Assembly: GCA_040753215.1 (NCBI GenBank) | Contig: JBFMEZ010000004.1 | Location: forward strand, 1 to 64,000 | DNA from: Candidatus Micrarchaeota archaeon | Lineage (GTDB): Archaea > Micrarchaeota > Micrarchaeia > Anstonellales > Bilamarchaeaceae | DNA length: 64,000 bases | Direction: 5' to 3' | In this document: piece by piece, positions 1 to 9,375 of the stretch | Position numbering within the stretch: position 1 is the stretch's first letter | How the letters are laid out: the number at the start of each line of letters is the position of its first letter | Notes under the pieces: model-generated | Databases searched by the model: none | What the model was told of the DNA's origin: nothing | The model's input: the letters and a program-made list of their open reading frames with translations, nothing else | Made by a program: the position numbers and the translations under genes

Positions 1-214
1 CCTGTCTGGGCGTCAGCTTTATCAATCAGGGCTACGCTACCTATTCCGAAGGTTACGTTTTGCCTTTTCATGGGTATCAAACTGATTAGGCAGACGTAAC
101 CTTTATACTAATCTGGCGAAGTTAGGTATAAATGACACCATACACAACGTCATAGTTTAATTATGTATAATAAAACCATACATATTTAAATAAAACTATA
201 CATACCAAAAGAGT

Positions 215-877
215 ATGGTAGAAGCAAAAAATATGTTCGAAGGCAAGGCTTCGAGAGTAGTGAGAGTGTTGCTCGTGAAGTGGCCGAAGACATGGGATTT
301 ACGAAACCTTGCAAAAGAGGCCCAGGTTTCCCTTGGCACAGCCCAGGCAGTAGTCAACACCCTGCTAAAAGAAAATTATGCCATACGGGAAAGCAAGAGA
401 GGCGAATTCAAACTGATGAATCCCTGGACTTTGCTTAAACGCTGGGCGGCCTACAATACCTATAATCGCCGGCATAAGTTTGTTCATTATTATACATCCG
501 AACAGGAGATAGAGAAATTTCTGGAAAAGATGAAATCCAAAAAAGGGCCTCCTTATGCCCTGACAACCTTGGTCGGAGCTCTGCAAGTGGCACCATACGT
601 CAGGCCAACAAATATCCACCTTTATGTTCAATCCGAACAGGATGCCAGGAAATGGGCGGAATTACTTGAATTGCAGCCCACCGAACAGGCAGGAAATATA
701 ATTTTCGCCATTCCTGACGATTCCAGTATTTTCTATGGGGTGCGGGATATTGGGGGCATCAAAGTTGTATCAAATATCCAGCTTTATGTCGATCTGCTGA
801 ACTACCCTGCAAGAGGGGAGGAGGCTGCGGAACAGTTATACAAAAAAATCGAAAAAGAATGGGCAGGGAAGGGATGA
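215..877 (+). CDS. wHTH-containing AbiEi-like (type IV toxin-antitoxin) antitoxin/regulator
   Basis: N-terminal HTH (LRNLAKEAQVSLGTAQAVVNTL); C-terminal 'VVSNIQLYVDLL..RGEEAAE' resembles AbiEi-type proteins; directly followed by a nucleotidyltransferase. Confidence 0.7.
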   Translation: MVEAKNMFEGKASRVVRVLLVKWPKTWDLRNLAKEAQVSLGTAQAVVNTLLKENYAIRESKRGEFKLMNPWTLLKRWAAYNTYNRRHKFVHYYTSEQEIEKFLEKMKSKKGPPYALTTLVGALQVAPYVRPTNIHLYVQSEQDARKWAELLELQPTEQAGNIIFAIPDDSSIFYGVRDIGGIKVVSNIQLYVDLLNYPARGEEAAEQLYKKIEKEWAGKG

Positions 878-880
878 ACC

Positions 881-1681
881 ATGTATGCAAAGGCAGAAAC
901 AGAGGCATCAAGGTCGGCGCTGCTGGAGCTTTCACTCGCACTTAACCGTTATCATGACGATATGGTGCTTGCCGGAGGATGGGCTCCCTATTTCATATCC
1001 AACAGATTCCGTCCGCACTGTGGTTCCATAGACATCGATTTCGTGCTCAGGACAAAGATCATGGAAAAATACGAAACCATCGTGAAAAGCATCCTTAAGC
1101 TTGGGTATGTGCAGGAAAACGAGTTCAGGTTTTTCAGAGACGTGCCTTCGCCTGTCGATAGGAAACAATATTCCATACACCTGGATTTTTTATGCGACCG
1201 CGAAGGGTTGAAATATGCGCATATAAGGCCAGTACAAGAGGGCCTCGGCGCGTTTGCATTCGACGGTTCGAGTATAGCGTTTGATTTCAACTACGAAGAA
1301 GAAATAAGTACTGTTCTTCCAGGCAACGGAAAGGCCAGTTCCACGGTCAGGGTGGTTGACATTGTCGGTTCGTTCAGTCTGAAAGGGCAGGCCATAAGCG
1401 GAAGGTCGAAGCCCAAGGACTTCTATGATATTTACATGCTGACGTTTTTCAACGGTTCTCCGGAAAAGGCTGCTGATTATTTCAACAAAAGGGCGCGTTC
1501 AACCAGGCTCGCGGCTGAAAAGGAAAAACTCATGAAGCATTCCCTGTCTGTTGTCAGACAAAGGTTCGAGGATGCCGAAGCCATGGGTCCTTATCAGGTC
1601 GAAGAATTTACTGATGGTGAAATCAAAAAAGATGAAGTCGCCAGACAGGTTGGAAAATTCTTGGCTAAAATAAAGCTCTGA
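881..1681 (+). CDS. AbiEii-like nucleotidyltransferase (putative type IV toxin)
   Basis: 'LAGGWA', 'SIDIDF' and 'K..A...R.KPKDFYDI' motifs of the AbiEii/Pol-beta NTase fold. Confidence 0.7.
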   Translation: MYAKAETEASRSALLELSLALNRYHDDMVLAGGWAPYFISNRFRPHCGSIDIDFVLRTKIMEKYETIVKSILKLGYVQENEFRFFRDVPSPVDRKQYSIHLDFLCDREGLKYAHIRPVQEGLGAFAFDGSSIAFDFNYEEEISTVLPGNGKASSTVRVVDIVGSFSLKGQAISGRSKPKDFYDIYMLTFFNGSPEKAADYFNKRARSTRLAAEKEKLMKHSLSVVRQRFEDAEAMGPYQVEEFTDGEIKKDEVARQVGKFLAKIKL

Positions 1682-1796
1682 ACATTCTGCTGGTAAAAAC
1701 GCCGTTAGAGCAGCCTTTATAACCTCTGCCCCTCAGAACAGCCCTCGGTTAGGAGGTCAAAACAGGGTTCTGTTCTGACCCGAACCTGTGTTACAA

Positions 1797-1880
1797 TGCA
1801 GGGGACGAGATTCGAACTCGCGAAGGCACTAAGCCACTAGCCCCTCAAGCTAGCGCGTTTGGCCGCTCCGCCACCCCTGC
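1797..1880 (-). tRNA. tRNA-Leu(GAG)
   Basis: Reverse complement GCAGGGGTGGCGGAGCGGCCAAACGCGCTAGC-TTGAGGG-GCTAGTGGCTTAGTGCCTTCGCGAGTTCGAATCTCGTCCCCTGCA; cloverleaf with long variable arm; no encoded CCA. Confidence 0.95.
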
Positions 1881-1922
1881 TCTCCTTTTTTCTCGCCTCA
1901 GCTCCGCCAAGCGTCGCTTCGG

Positions 1923-1975
1923 CTCTGTCTTTGGGTATCCTCGCTTCGCTCAGAAGCAAAAATGAGCCCAAAAAC
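1923..1975. repeat. Dispersed hairpin repeat family 1, copy 1
   Basis: CTTTGGG..CCTCGCT...GCTC.G..GCAAAAA.GAGCCCAAAAAC shared with 10326-10389. Confidence 0.65.
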
Positions 1976-2100
1976 CTCAAGCCCACTTTCACGCTCTCTG
2001 CGAAAACCGGAGCCCAAAAACCCCAAACTACGTAAGTCACGTAGTCGTAATCCTATTCTAGGAGAAAAACTGTTTATAAAGATGATGCCGTAGGATGTTT

Positions 2101-2607
2101 ATGGCAGTTAGAGAAGTCCTAATGATAGGCAACCCGGAATTAAGGAGAAAATCATCAGAAGTTATAAATTTCGACGATGGGCTTGCAAAGATAGTATCGG
2201 ACCTAAGAGATACATTGACGCATCTCCAGAAAATAAAACGGGTAGGCAGGGCATTGGCTGCCCCCCAGATAGGCCATTTGAAAAGAGCTATCTATATGCA
2301 AATACCAGAAAGGACTCTGGTGATGGTCAATCCCGATATCATTCAAAAAAGTGAAGAAATGCTTGAAGTCTGGGATAGTTGTTTTAGTTTCGACGTAGCA
2401 TTCTTTGTCAAAATCAAAAGACACAAAAAAATCAAGGTAAAATACTTTGATGAAAAAGGCAATCTCAAAACAGAAGAATTTGAAGGCGCCTTATCAGAAC
2501 TTTTCCAACACGAGATTGACCATCTGGATGGCATCCTCGCCACAGACCATTTAAAGGACAATAAACAAATCAGTATGAGGCAAGAGTGGGAAAGGAGATA
2601 CAGATAA
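2101..2607 (+). CDS. def: Peptide deformylase-like protein
   Basis: 'ALAAPQIG', 'DSCFS' (EGCLS equivalent) and 'QHEIDHLDG' metal motif; start could be 2095. Confidence 0.85.
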   Translation: MAVREVLMIGNPELRRKSSEVINFDDGLAKIVSDLRDTLTHLQKIKRVGRALAAPQIGHLKRAIYMQIPERTLVMVNPDIIQKSEEMLEVWDSCFSFDVAFFVKIKRHKKIKVKYFDEKGNLKTEEFEGALSELFQHEIDHLDGILATDHLKDNKQISMRQEWERRYR

Positions 2608-2608
2608 A

Positions 2609-3292
2609 ATGGCAAAAAGAATAGGCATTCTTGGCGGAATAAGCCACGAATCAACTATAAAATATTACGAATTAATTTTAAGGAAATATTTTGAAAAATA
2701 CAGAGATTACTATTATCCCGAAATGGTGATCTTTAGCTTGGGCTTCCAGAAATTCACTGATTTTGAGAATAATGGAGATAAAGAAGGGTACGTGAAGTAC
2801 ATCATGGAAGGCATCCGGAATCTGGAAAATGCTAACGTTGATTTTATAATCATGGCAGCAAACTCTCCGCATGCTGTTTTTGAGGAAGTAAAAAAGATGG
2901 CGAAAGTTCCTATGATAAGCATCGCAGAAGTCACTGCCGCAAAAGCAAAACAAGAGGAGTTGAAGAAGCTCTTGCTCTTGGGGATAAAGTTCACAATGCA
3001 ATCTACTTTCTATAAAGAAGTTTGCAAGCGATATGGGATTGAAGTTATGACGCCCTCAGAAAGTGAGCAGAATGAGATTAACAGAATTATCTTTGACGAG
3101 TTATGTATCGGAAAATTTAAGGATGAATCCAAGATGGAACTTCTCAGGATAATTGACAATTACGAAGTAGAAGCTGTAATTCTTGGTTGCACAGAACTGC
3201 CGTTGATTCTAAAACAAAAAGACTCTTCTAAAAAGCTTCTAAATACGTTGGAGTTGCATGCCGATGCCGCGCTTGATTACGCGCTAAAGTAA
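2609..3292 (+). CDS. Aspartate/glutamate racemase family protein
   Basis: 'IGILGGISHEST..YY', 'AANSPH', 'ILGCTELP'. Confidence 0.85.
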   Translation: MAKRIGILGGISHESTIKYYELILRKYFEKYRDYYYPEMVIFSLGFQKFTDFENNGDKEGYVKYIMEGIRNLENANVDFIIMAANSPHAVFEEVKKMAKVPMISIAEVTAAKAKQEELKKLLLLGIKFTMQSTFYKEVCKRYGIEVMTPSESEQNEINRIIFDELCIGKFKDESKMELLRIIDNYEVEAVILGCTELPLILKQKDSSKKLLNTLELHADAALDYALK

Positions 3293-3306
3293 GATGCTGA
3301 TGGAAA

Positions 3307-4560
3307 TCACACTTTCGCATCCATAAACTCCCGCAATAAGGAAGTCGCATAGCTCCCCGAGGGCAAGGAGAACCTAAACCTATTCTCAACAAATGAGAAA
3401 TCCACGTAAGGTGCAAATAGAGTCCTGTATGCCCCCTTAGAACTTATCTCAGGAATAGACTTAATCTTGAAATCCCTCTCCGAAATCCCGTGCCTGTCCA
3501 GAATCTCCTGCTCCCGCGCGTTCGGCATCATTTCATACCCAATAATTCTCCCACAGAGCCAGGCATCTCCCTTCTTCTCAACCACAGGGAATCCACCCCT
3601 CTCCGCGCAGAAATACTCCCCCTCTTCCGGCGCCATCTCCCCCTCCTTCACCCTTTCCGAAACCATCTCATTAAACAAGTAAGATTGGAACGCATGCACA
3701 AACATAAGCAAAGTAGGCCTAGGCAGCTGCCTGAACGCCCCAATAAAATCATTCGGCGATTTTGCAAGCCACGCGAGCATAGTCCTCTCCGGCCGAAGAT
3801 GCTTAGGGAATTCCCCCAGCGCCCGTGCAAAATCCATGTGTTCAGCCAGCAGCCTTCTCGCCTCCACGCTTTTCTCGTTTAATTCCCCCGCAGTAGCGCA
3901 AAGGAACTCCATCGCCGCCTCCTCGAACTGCCTCGCCACCAGCGTCTCCCCTATAATATGGGTATTATGCCTCGTGCTCCCGAACCTCTGCGGCCCGAAA
4001 TAATTAGGGAATTTCCCGCCCAGCTCCAGATGTATACCATTTACTCTCTCTTCCGCCTCTGGATTTTCTCCTTCGCCCTCCGCCCCTCTTCCGCTGCCCT
4101 CTGCCTTCAACGGGGCGTAGGCCGAACCGCGCCAGGTAATCGTAAACCTATTCCCCAGCAAATCCCCCATCTTCACCTTCTCCACTGCCCTCCATGCCCC
4201 AAGAATGGAGATATCCTTCACCTTTATCGCGAGGACCTTTTCCGGAGGAATATCGAAAACAGAAACCAGCTGTACAGAAACCGCGGTCTTGTCCTTCGTC
4301 CCCGCATAATCGAACCTGCTCTGCCCCACGTGCAATCTTTTCGATATCTCCTTCACCGCGGCCGCAGTCGTCCAGTCTCTTTTTTCCATTACAAAATAGG
4401 TAAATTTCCCCTCTCCCTCCTCGCGCTCCACTCTCTTCCCTTCCTCCAGCACCGTCCCGTCCAGCATTATTTCTTCAACCAGAAAGGACTCTGGCTCAGA
4501 TTTTATCCCGCCACCTATTCCCAGAGAAGGCGCAAGATAAGACCAGTTGAAATCTCTCAT
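3307..4560 (-). CDS. truD: tRNA pseudouridine(13) synthase
   Basis: 'YAGTKDKTAVSVQ', 'GNRF', 'PNYFGPQRFG', 'LPSGSYAT'. Confidence 0.95.
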   Translation of the reverse strand: MRDFNWSYLAPSLGIGGGIKSEPESFLVEEIMLDGTVLEEGKRVEREEGEGKFTYFVMEKRDWTTAAAVKEISKRLHVGQSRFDYAGTKDKTAVSVQLVSVFDIPPEKVLAIKVKDISILGAWRAVEKVKMGDLLGNRFTITWRGSAYAPLKAEGSGRGAEGEGENPEAEERVNGIHLELGGKFPNYFGPQRFGSTRHNTHIIGETLVARQFEEAAMEFLCATAGELNEKSVEARRLLAEHMDFARALGEFPKHLRPERTMLAWLAKSPNDFIGAFRQLPRPTLLMFVHAFQSYLFNEMVSERVKEGEMAPEEGEYFCAERGGFPVVEKKGDAWLCGRIIGYEMMPNAREQEILDRHGISERDFKIKSIPEISSKGAYRTLFAPYVDFSFVENRFRFSLPSGSYATSLLREFMDAKV

Positions 4561-5045
4561 TTGTTTTCGCCCTGATATTTCCCGGAATACAATTCCTTCG
4601 TCCCCTCGCTCAATTTCACAAAAACAAGCTGCCCCACCTTTGCATTCCTCTTGAACTTCCCGCCGTGAGGATTAGACACTATAAGAAGGGCCTCGCTCCT
4701 CCCCTCATACCCCGGGTCCCACACCGCGCATTCCAGCGTCATTCCGCATCTAAGTAAAGAAGACCTAGGAAAGCATAGTGCCGCCGCATCCGAAGGAATC
4801 TTCACGTACTCATTGAACATTATCTTATAGCATCCCGGCGCAAGATGCACCCATTCGTCCTCAAAAGGGACCTCATGCGTCCCCGAGATTTTCCTATCCT
4901 TATTATCGAAATCTATGCTCCCGGGCTCGGAAAAAGCCAAAACCTTCTTCAGCGTCATGTCCACTCCCGCGGGCTGGAACTGCGAATCCCCCACGAAATC
5001 CTTCACAAATGCGGAAGAAAGTATGTGCTGCTTTGGCAAAATCAT
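4557..5045 (-). CDS. dut: dUTPase (dCTP deaminase/dUTPase superfamily)
   Basis: 'QPAGVD', 'PRSSLLR', 'WDPGYEG', C-terminal 'YSGKYQ'. Confidence 0.75.
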   Translation of the reverse strand: MILPKQHILSSAFVKDFVGDSQFQPAGVDMTLKKVLAFSEPGSIDFDNKDRKISGTHEVPFEDEWVHLAPGCYKIMFNEYVKIPSDAAALCFPRSSLLRCGMTLECAVWDPGYEGRSEALLIVSNPHGGKFKRNAKVGQLVFVKLSEGTKELYSGKYQGENK

Positions 5046-5083
5046 AAGAATCCCATCCGTAGTTTCACAAGAAAGAGTTTAAA

Positions 5084-6304
5084 CTAGTTGCCCGAGGCCA
5101 GCAGCTTAAGCTGCGTTTGCGCATATTCCGCCGCCCCCCTCCCGGCCACTATCTGGTGCGGCTGCCCGAACACGTCGTCAAGCCAGTACGACGGCTCTCC
5201 GTAGGAAACGAGTATGGACCTCCCGAGGAACTCAGGGTTCCTTGCCTGGTGGTACTTGAACACCGCCATCATCCCCTCGCCCCTCCTTTCCACGGAAACA
5301 ACTTCCACCTTCCCGCTCACGTGGGACATTATGAAGCGGAAGCTCTTCGCAAGCCCGGAGAGCATCCTTTTCGCCCGCTCCACAATCCCGTACCCCTCAA
5401 CAAGCGGAACCGCGAAGTGCGTCCCGCCCGCGGCCGGCCTGCACTGGAAGAGGTAGTGCGGCGCAATCCCCGCATCCGATATCGCCCTGAAAAGTTCCGC
5501 AACCACGTCCGGGGAATCGTTCACCCCCCTCATCAGCACGCTCTGCGAGCGCAGGTGCACCCCCGCGCCCATCAGCTTCGCATGCGCCTCCAGCGCCAGC
5601 GCGTCCAGCTCGCGCGGATGGTCTATATGCGATACAACGCACACCCTCTTGCCGGCGGAACTGTGGCTCTCCAGCATCTTCAGCAGTTCCGGGTCGGAAA
5701 ACCGCGAAGGGAGGTACACCGGCATCTTCGTGCCCAGCCGTATCACGCCAACGTGCCCTATCTTCCTCAATCTCCCCAGGATTTCAGCCAGCCGGGAATC
5801 CGGCGCCATGAAAGCGTCCCCTCCGGTAAGCAGCACGTTGTTTATCTCCGGGTGCCCCTCTATGTACCTGAATGCGGCCTCAAGGTCCGCGGCGGTTTCG
5901 TTCTCCGTGCCCACCACCCTCCTCCTGAAGCAGTACCTGCAATACGCCGCGCACGTCCCCGCGACCATCAGCAGCGCGGTCGGGCCGTACTTGTGCTGCA
6001 GCCCGGGCACGCCCGTCCTCTGCCGGTTCAGCCATTCCCCGCTCTGGTCCTTCATCCCTCCCGCCTGCAGCTCCTCCGCATCCGGAAACACCATCCTCAT
6101 GAGCGGGTCATCCGGGTCCTTCCAATCTATCAGGTTCGCATAATGGCGGGTGATAGCCACCAGATAAGAGCCGCCTATCCGCGCAAGCACCTCTTCCGTG
6201 AGCCCCTTTGCAGCCGCGATCTCCCCGAATTTCTTAAACACATGCTTCGCGGTGATGCGCCTCCCCAGCTCCTGCCGCCATCCCCCGTGCCGCACTCCCC
6301 TCAT
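5084..6304 (-). CDS. KamA-family radical SAM protein (lysine 2,3-aminomutase-like)
   Basis: 'HKYG', CxxxCxxC 'CAAYCRYCFR', 'LLTGGD', 'QSVLMRGVND'; start re-placed at ATG 6304. Confidence 0.85.
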   Translation of the reverse strand: MRGVRHGGWRQELGRRITAKHVFKKFGEIAAAKGLTEEVLARIGGSYLVAITRHYANLIDWKDPDDPLMRMVFPDAEELQAGGMKDQSGEWLNRQRTGVPGLQHKYGPTALLMVAGTCAAYCRYCFRRRVVGTENETAADLEAAFRYIEGHPEINNVLLTGGDAFMAPDSRLAEILGRLRKIGHVGVIRLGTKMPVYLPSRFSDPELLKMLESHSSAGKRVCVVSHIDHPRELDALALEAHAKLMGAGVHLRSQSVLMRGVNDSPDVVAELFRAISDAGIAPHYLFQCRPAAGGTHFAVPLVEGYGIVERAKRMLSGLAKSFRFIMSHVSGKVEVVSVERRGEGMMAVFKYHQARNPEFLGRSILVSYGEPSYWLDDVFGQPHQIVAGRGAAEYAQTQLKLLASGN

Positions 6305-6417
6305 GCGGGAATTACGCCGTGAAAATATATAATGCACCACGTTCCACAATCGCCGTTGCGCACTTCCACAATCGTGGAACTCTCTCTTTTTTATTCCCGG
6401 CACCCAGATATACGCCC

Positions 6418-8226
6418 ATGGGGAAAAAGGTCGCGAAAGCCGCAAAACAGGCCATTCCCATGCCCTCCCGCCGCAGGGCTTTCAGCTCAATAGAGCTTTT
6501 TGGGAGAAAAAAGCCAAGCGACGAAGGGGCTTTCCGCAGGGGACCCTCCCTCACAATCGCGGAGAAAATGGAGGAGGCAAGAAAACTCGAGATGGAGGCG
6601 GAACACTACGAATCCATTTTCTCCAGAAGCCAGGCTGCGGAGAGCTATAGCGCCGCCGCCATTCTTTTCGAGGAAGCAAAGGATTCCGGCAAAGCGGCGG
6701 AACTCTACGAGAAGGCCGCAGTCCTCTATGAAGCAATAGGTGCTGCACTCGAAGAGCCTTCCGCCGGATCCCAGATAATCGATGCACACAACGATGCCGC
6801 GTCTTCCTTCTTCGCGGCGGCCTCCCTCCTCGCGGAGGCATCCCCGCGGAAAACGGCGGAATTGCTCTTCCGGGCCGCGGAAAACTACTCCAAAGCCGGA
6901 AACCAGCGTGGAGTCCGCTCTTCCTACTCCCATGCTTTTGCGATTGCCCCTGCCCCCTCAACACCCCTTTCCAAAAAAACGGTCCCCCGCCTCATATTCC
7001 GCGCCCGGAAGGAAGGCAATTCCGGGAATTTCTCCCCTGCAGCCGACCTCCTCTTCTCCGCTGCGGTACTTTCCGAACTAACCGTTCCCGAGAAAGCGCC
7101 CGGGCTTTACACAGCCGCGGCCGAAAATTACAGGAAATGCAACCGCCACGGCGCCGCAGCCGCCTCCTATTCGCACGCCGCGGCACTCGTCTCCGAAAAG
7201 AAGCCCGCAAAAGCGGCAGGAATGCTGCTAAGCGCGGGAGAGGGCCTCGCAAGGTCGGCGAATTACCTCGGCGCAGCCGTCGCCTTCTCCTCTGCGTTAA
7301 AGCTTGGGACCTTCAACACCGCCCTCCACTACACCCCGGCCTCCTCGCTCGCCGCAGCCGCGGAATCCAGGCTCAAAGCCGGGAGCTACTTCTCGGCCGC
7401 CCGCGCTTTCTTCTCCGCGGCATACGCCTCCTCCCAGCTGTCCCCCCGGCTCGCATCCGGCCTCTTCATGAGGGCCGGGCAATATTTCCTCAGGACCGGA
7501 AAATACGAGGATGCGGCAATAGCATTCTCATCGGCATTCCGCTTCCTGAGCGTCCAGGGAAGGGAGGAGGCGGTGCATAATGCGGTTTCGGAGCTGCTCC
7601 AGGAGGCAAACGCCAGGCTTGAATCCAAAAATTATCTCTCCGCTGCCAATGCGCTGCTTTCCTCCGCGATGATGGTGATGGAGTATAAGCCGCAGATGGC
7701 GGCTGCGCTCTTTGAGAAGGCCGGCAGCCTGTTTTCCCTCTCCGGAAGGAATTGCAATGCCGCCTCGTCCTACTCGCAGGCGGCAGTCCTTCTCTTCCGT
7801 GAAATTCCCCGCAGGGCCTCCGAAATCCTGGAAAAGGCGGGCGAGAGCTACGGAAAGGCCTCTTCGCACGGGGACGCGGCTTCGGCGCACGCGCTTGCGG
7901 AGCGCCTTGCCTCCGGGAGGGGTGAATCCCTCCAGAGGAGCCTCCAGGTCCTTATTGATGCCGCCGAAAGGGAGCTGAAATCCGGAGACGCCCTGGACGC
8001 CGCGCGCCTGTTCTCGTCCGCCGCTGAGCTCTGCAGGGAAAACGACCCGGAGAAATCCTCGGAGCTTTTCGAGAAGGCCGGGAATTGCTATCTCGATTCC
8101 CGAAAATACTGCTCCGCAGCATCTGCCTACTTTTTTGCCGCCATTCTGGCAAACAGGTTCGATCCTATCAGAGCCATGTTCCTCCTCGACAAGGCCTCCG
8201 GATGCTATGGCACGCCTTCACGCTGA
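6418..8226 (+). CDS. Alpha-helical repeat protein (SNAP/TPR-like)
   Basis: Recurrent 'A(A/S)xL(F/Y)xxA(G/A)xx(Y/F)...(Y)xxAAxx(Y/F)xxA' helices along about 600 aa. Confidence 0.6.
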   Translation: MGKKVAKAAKQAIPMPSRRRAFSSIELFGRKKPSDEGAFRRGPSLTIAEKMEEARKLEMEAEHYESIFSRSQAAESYSAAAILFEEAKDSGKAAELYEKAAVLYEAIGAALEEPSAGSQIIDAHNDAASSFFAAASLLAEASPRKTAELLFRAAENYSKAGNQRGVRSSYSHAFAIAPAPSTPLSKKTVPRLIFRARKEGNSGNFSPAADLLFSAAVLSELTVPEKAPGLYTAAAENYRKCNRHGAAAASYSHAAALVSEKKPAKAAGMLLSAGEGLARSANYLGAAVAFSSALKLGTFNTALHYTPASSLAAAAESRLKAGSYFSAARAFFSAAYASSQLSPRLASGLFMRAGQYFLRTGKYEDAAIAFSSAFRFLSVQGREEAVHNAVSELLQEANARLESKNYLSAANALLSSAMMVMEYKPQMAAALFEKAGSLFSLSGRNCNAASSYSQAAVLLFREIPRRASEILEKAGESYGKASSHGDAASAHALAERLASGRGESLQRSLQVLIDAAERELKSGDALDAARLFSSAAELCRENDPEKSSELFEKAGNCYLDSRKYCSAASAYFFAAILANRFDPIRAMFLLDKASGCYGTPSR

Positions 8227-8269
8227 CCTACCAGAAAACGTTTAAAAGCTCATAATCCATCCATTCCCC

Positions 8270-8893
8270 ATGGCAGACGAAAGTGCATGGCTCGCAACGA
8301 ACCGGCTCGAGGCCCTCACGGACGGCATATTCGCCTTCGCGATGACGCTCCTCGTCCTCTCCATAACCCTTCCCGACGACCCGGATGGCATAATCTACCT
8401 GCCCGATGCCGAGCTGAGGGAGCTGATTTCACACGAGTGGCTCCGCTTCATGAATTATGCAATCGCCTTCCTCCTGCTCGCAAGCTTCTGGATGAACCAC
8501 TCAAAGGCATTCCACATAATAAAGGCGACCGAGCACAAGCACACCTGGATAAACGTACTCTTCCTGATGTTCGTCGCATTAGTCCCATTCACGACCGGGC
8601 TCGTTGGCGACTACGGGGGTGATTCAATCGCCTGGACTATGTTCGGGGCGAACATGTTCATACTCGGCTCCTTCCTGTACCTCAACCTGTGGTATGCCGG
8701 CAGGAATCCGCACCTGCTGCACGAGGGGGTGGGCATGGGGCAGATAGAAATCGGAAAGAGGCGGAACCTGGTCGTGCTTGCGGTTTCCACATTATCAATA
8801 TTTATCAGCTTTTACGATACGGGCCTCGCGGGCCCGGTTTATTTCCTGATACCGCTGGTTATGCTGCTCTCCCCGTTTAAGCACGAGAAATAG
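8270..8893 (+). CDS. TMEM175-family potassium channel
   Basis: 'RLEALTDGIFAFAMTLL', 'FWMNH', 'N..FL..VAL.PF.T'; about 6 TM helices. Confidence 0.9.
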   Translation: MADESAWLATNRLEALTDGIFAFAMTLLVLSITLPDDPDGIIYLPDAELRELISHEWLRFMNYAIAFLLLASFWMNHSKAFHIIKATEHKHTWINVLFLMFVALVPFTTGLVGDYGGDSIAWTMFGANMFILGSFLYLNLWYAGRNPHLLHEGVGMGQIEIGKRRNLVVLAVSTLSIFISFYDTGLAGPVYFLIPLVMLLSPFKHEK

Positions 8894-8906
8894 AATTAAA
8901 GGGAAC

Positions 8907-9371
8907 TCACTTCAGTTCGTCTTCCGCATAGAAATATTCGTGCAGCACAAGCGGGTACTCGAAGAGTTCCTCTTTCTTGAAGAATCTCGCAATCTCCTTC
9001 TGCGCCATTTCCAGCGAATCCGCAGCGTGTATCACATTCCTGCTCGTAGAATTGGAAAAGTCCCCGCGTATGGTGCCCGCCTCCGCCTTCCTCGCATTCG
9101 TCGCCCCTGCGAGCTTCCTTCCCACCTCCACCGCCTCCACCCCTTCCACGACCATCGCCACAATAGGGTGGTGCGTCATGAACTTCTCCAGCCCCGGATA
9201 GAAAGGCTTGGAAGTAAGGTGCGCATAGTGCTCCTTCGCAGTCGCAGTGTTCATCTTGAGCATCTTCAGCCCCACGATCTTCAATCCTTTCCTCTCAAAC
9301 CGCGCGATTATCTCCCCGAGAATGGCCCTCTGCAGCACATCCGGCTTGAACAAGATCAGCGTCCTCTCCAT
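8907..9371 (-). CDS. ndk: Nucleoside diphosphate kinase
   Basis: 'ERTLILFKPD', 'GTIRGDF', 'RNVIHAADS'. Confidence 0.97.
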   Translation of the reverse strand: MERTLILFKPDVLQRAILGEIIARFERKGLKIVGLKMLKMNTATAKEHYAHLTSKPFYPGLEKFMTHHPIVAMVVEGVEAVEVGRKLAGATNARKAEAGTIRGDFSNSTSRNVIHAADSLEMAQKEIARFFKKEELFEYPLVLHEYFYAEDELK

Positions 9372-9375
9372 ATTC

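Noticed and set aside
1837..2040. ORFs overlapping tRNAs (also 41679-41966)
   Set aside because: They overlap tRNA genes and repeats; spurious
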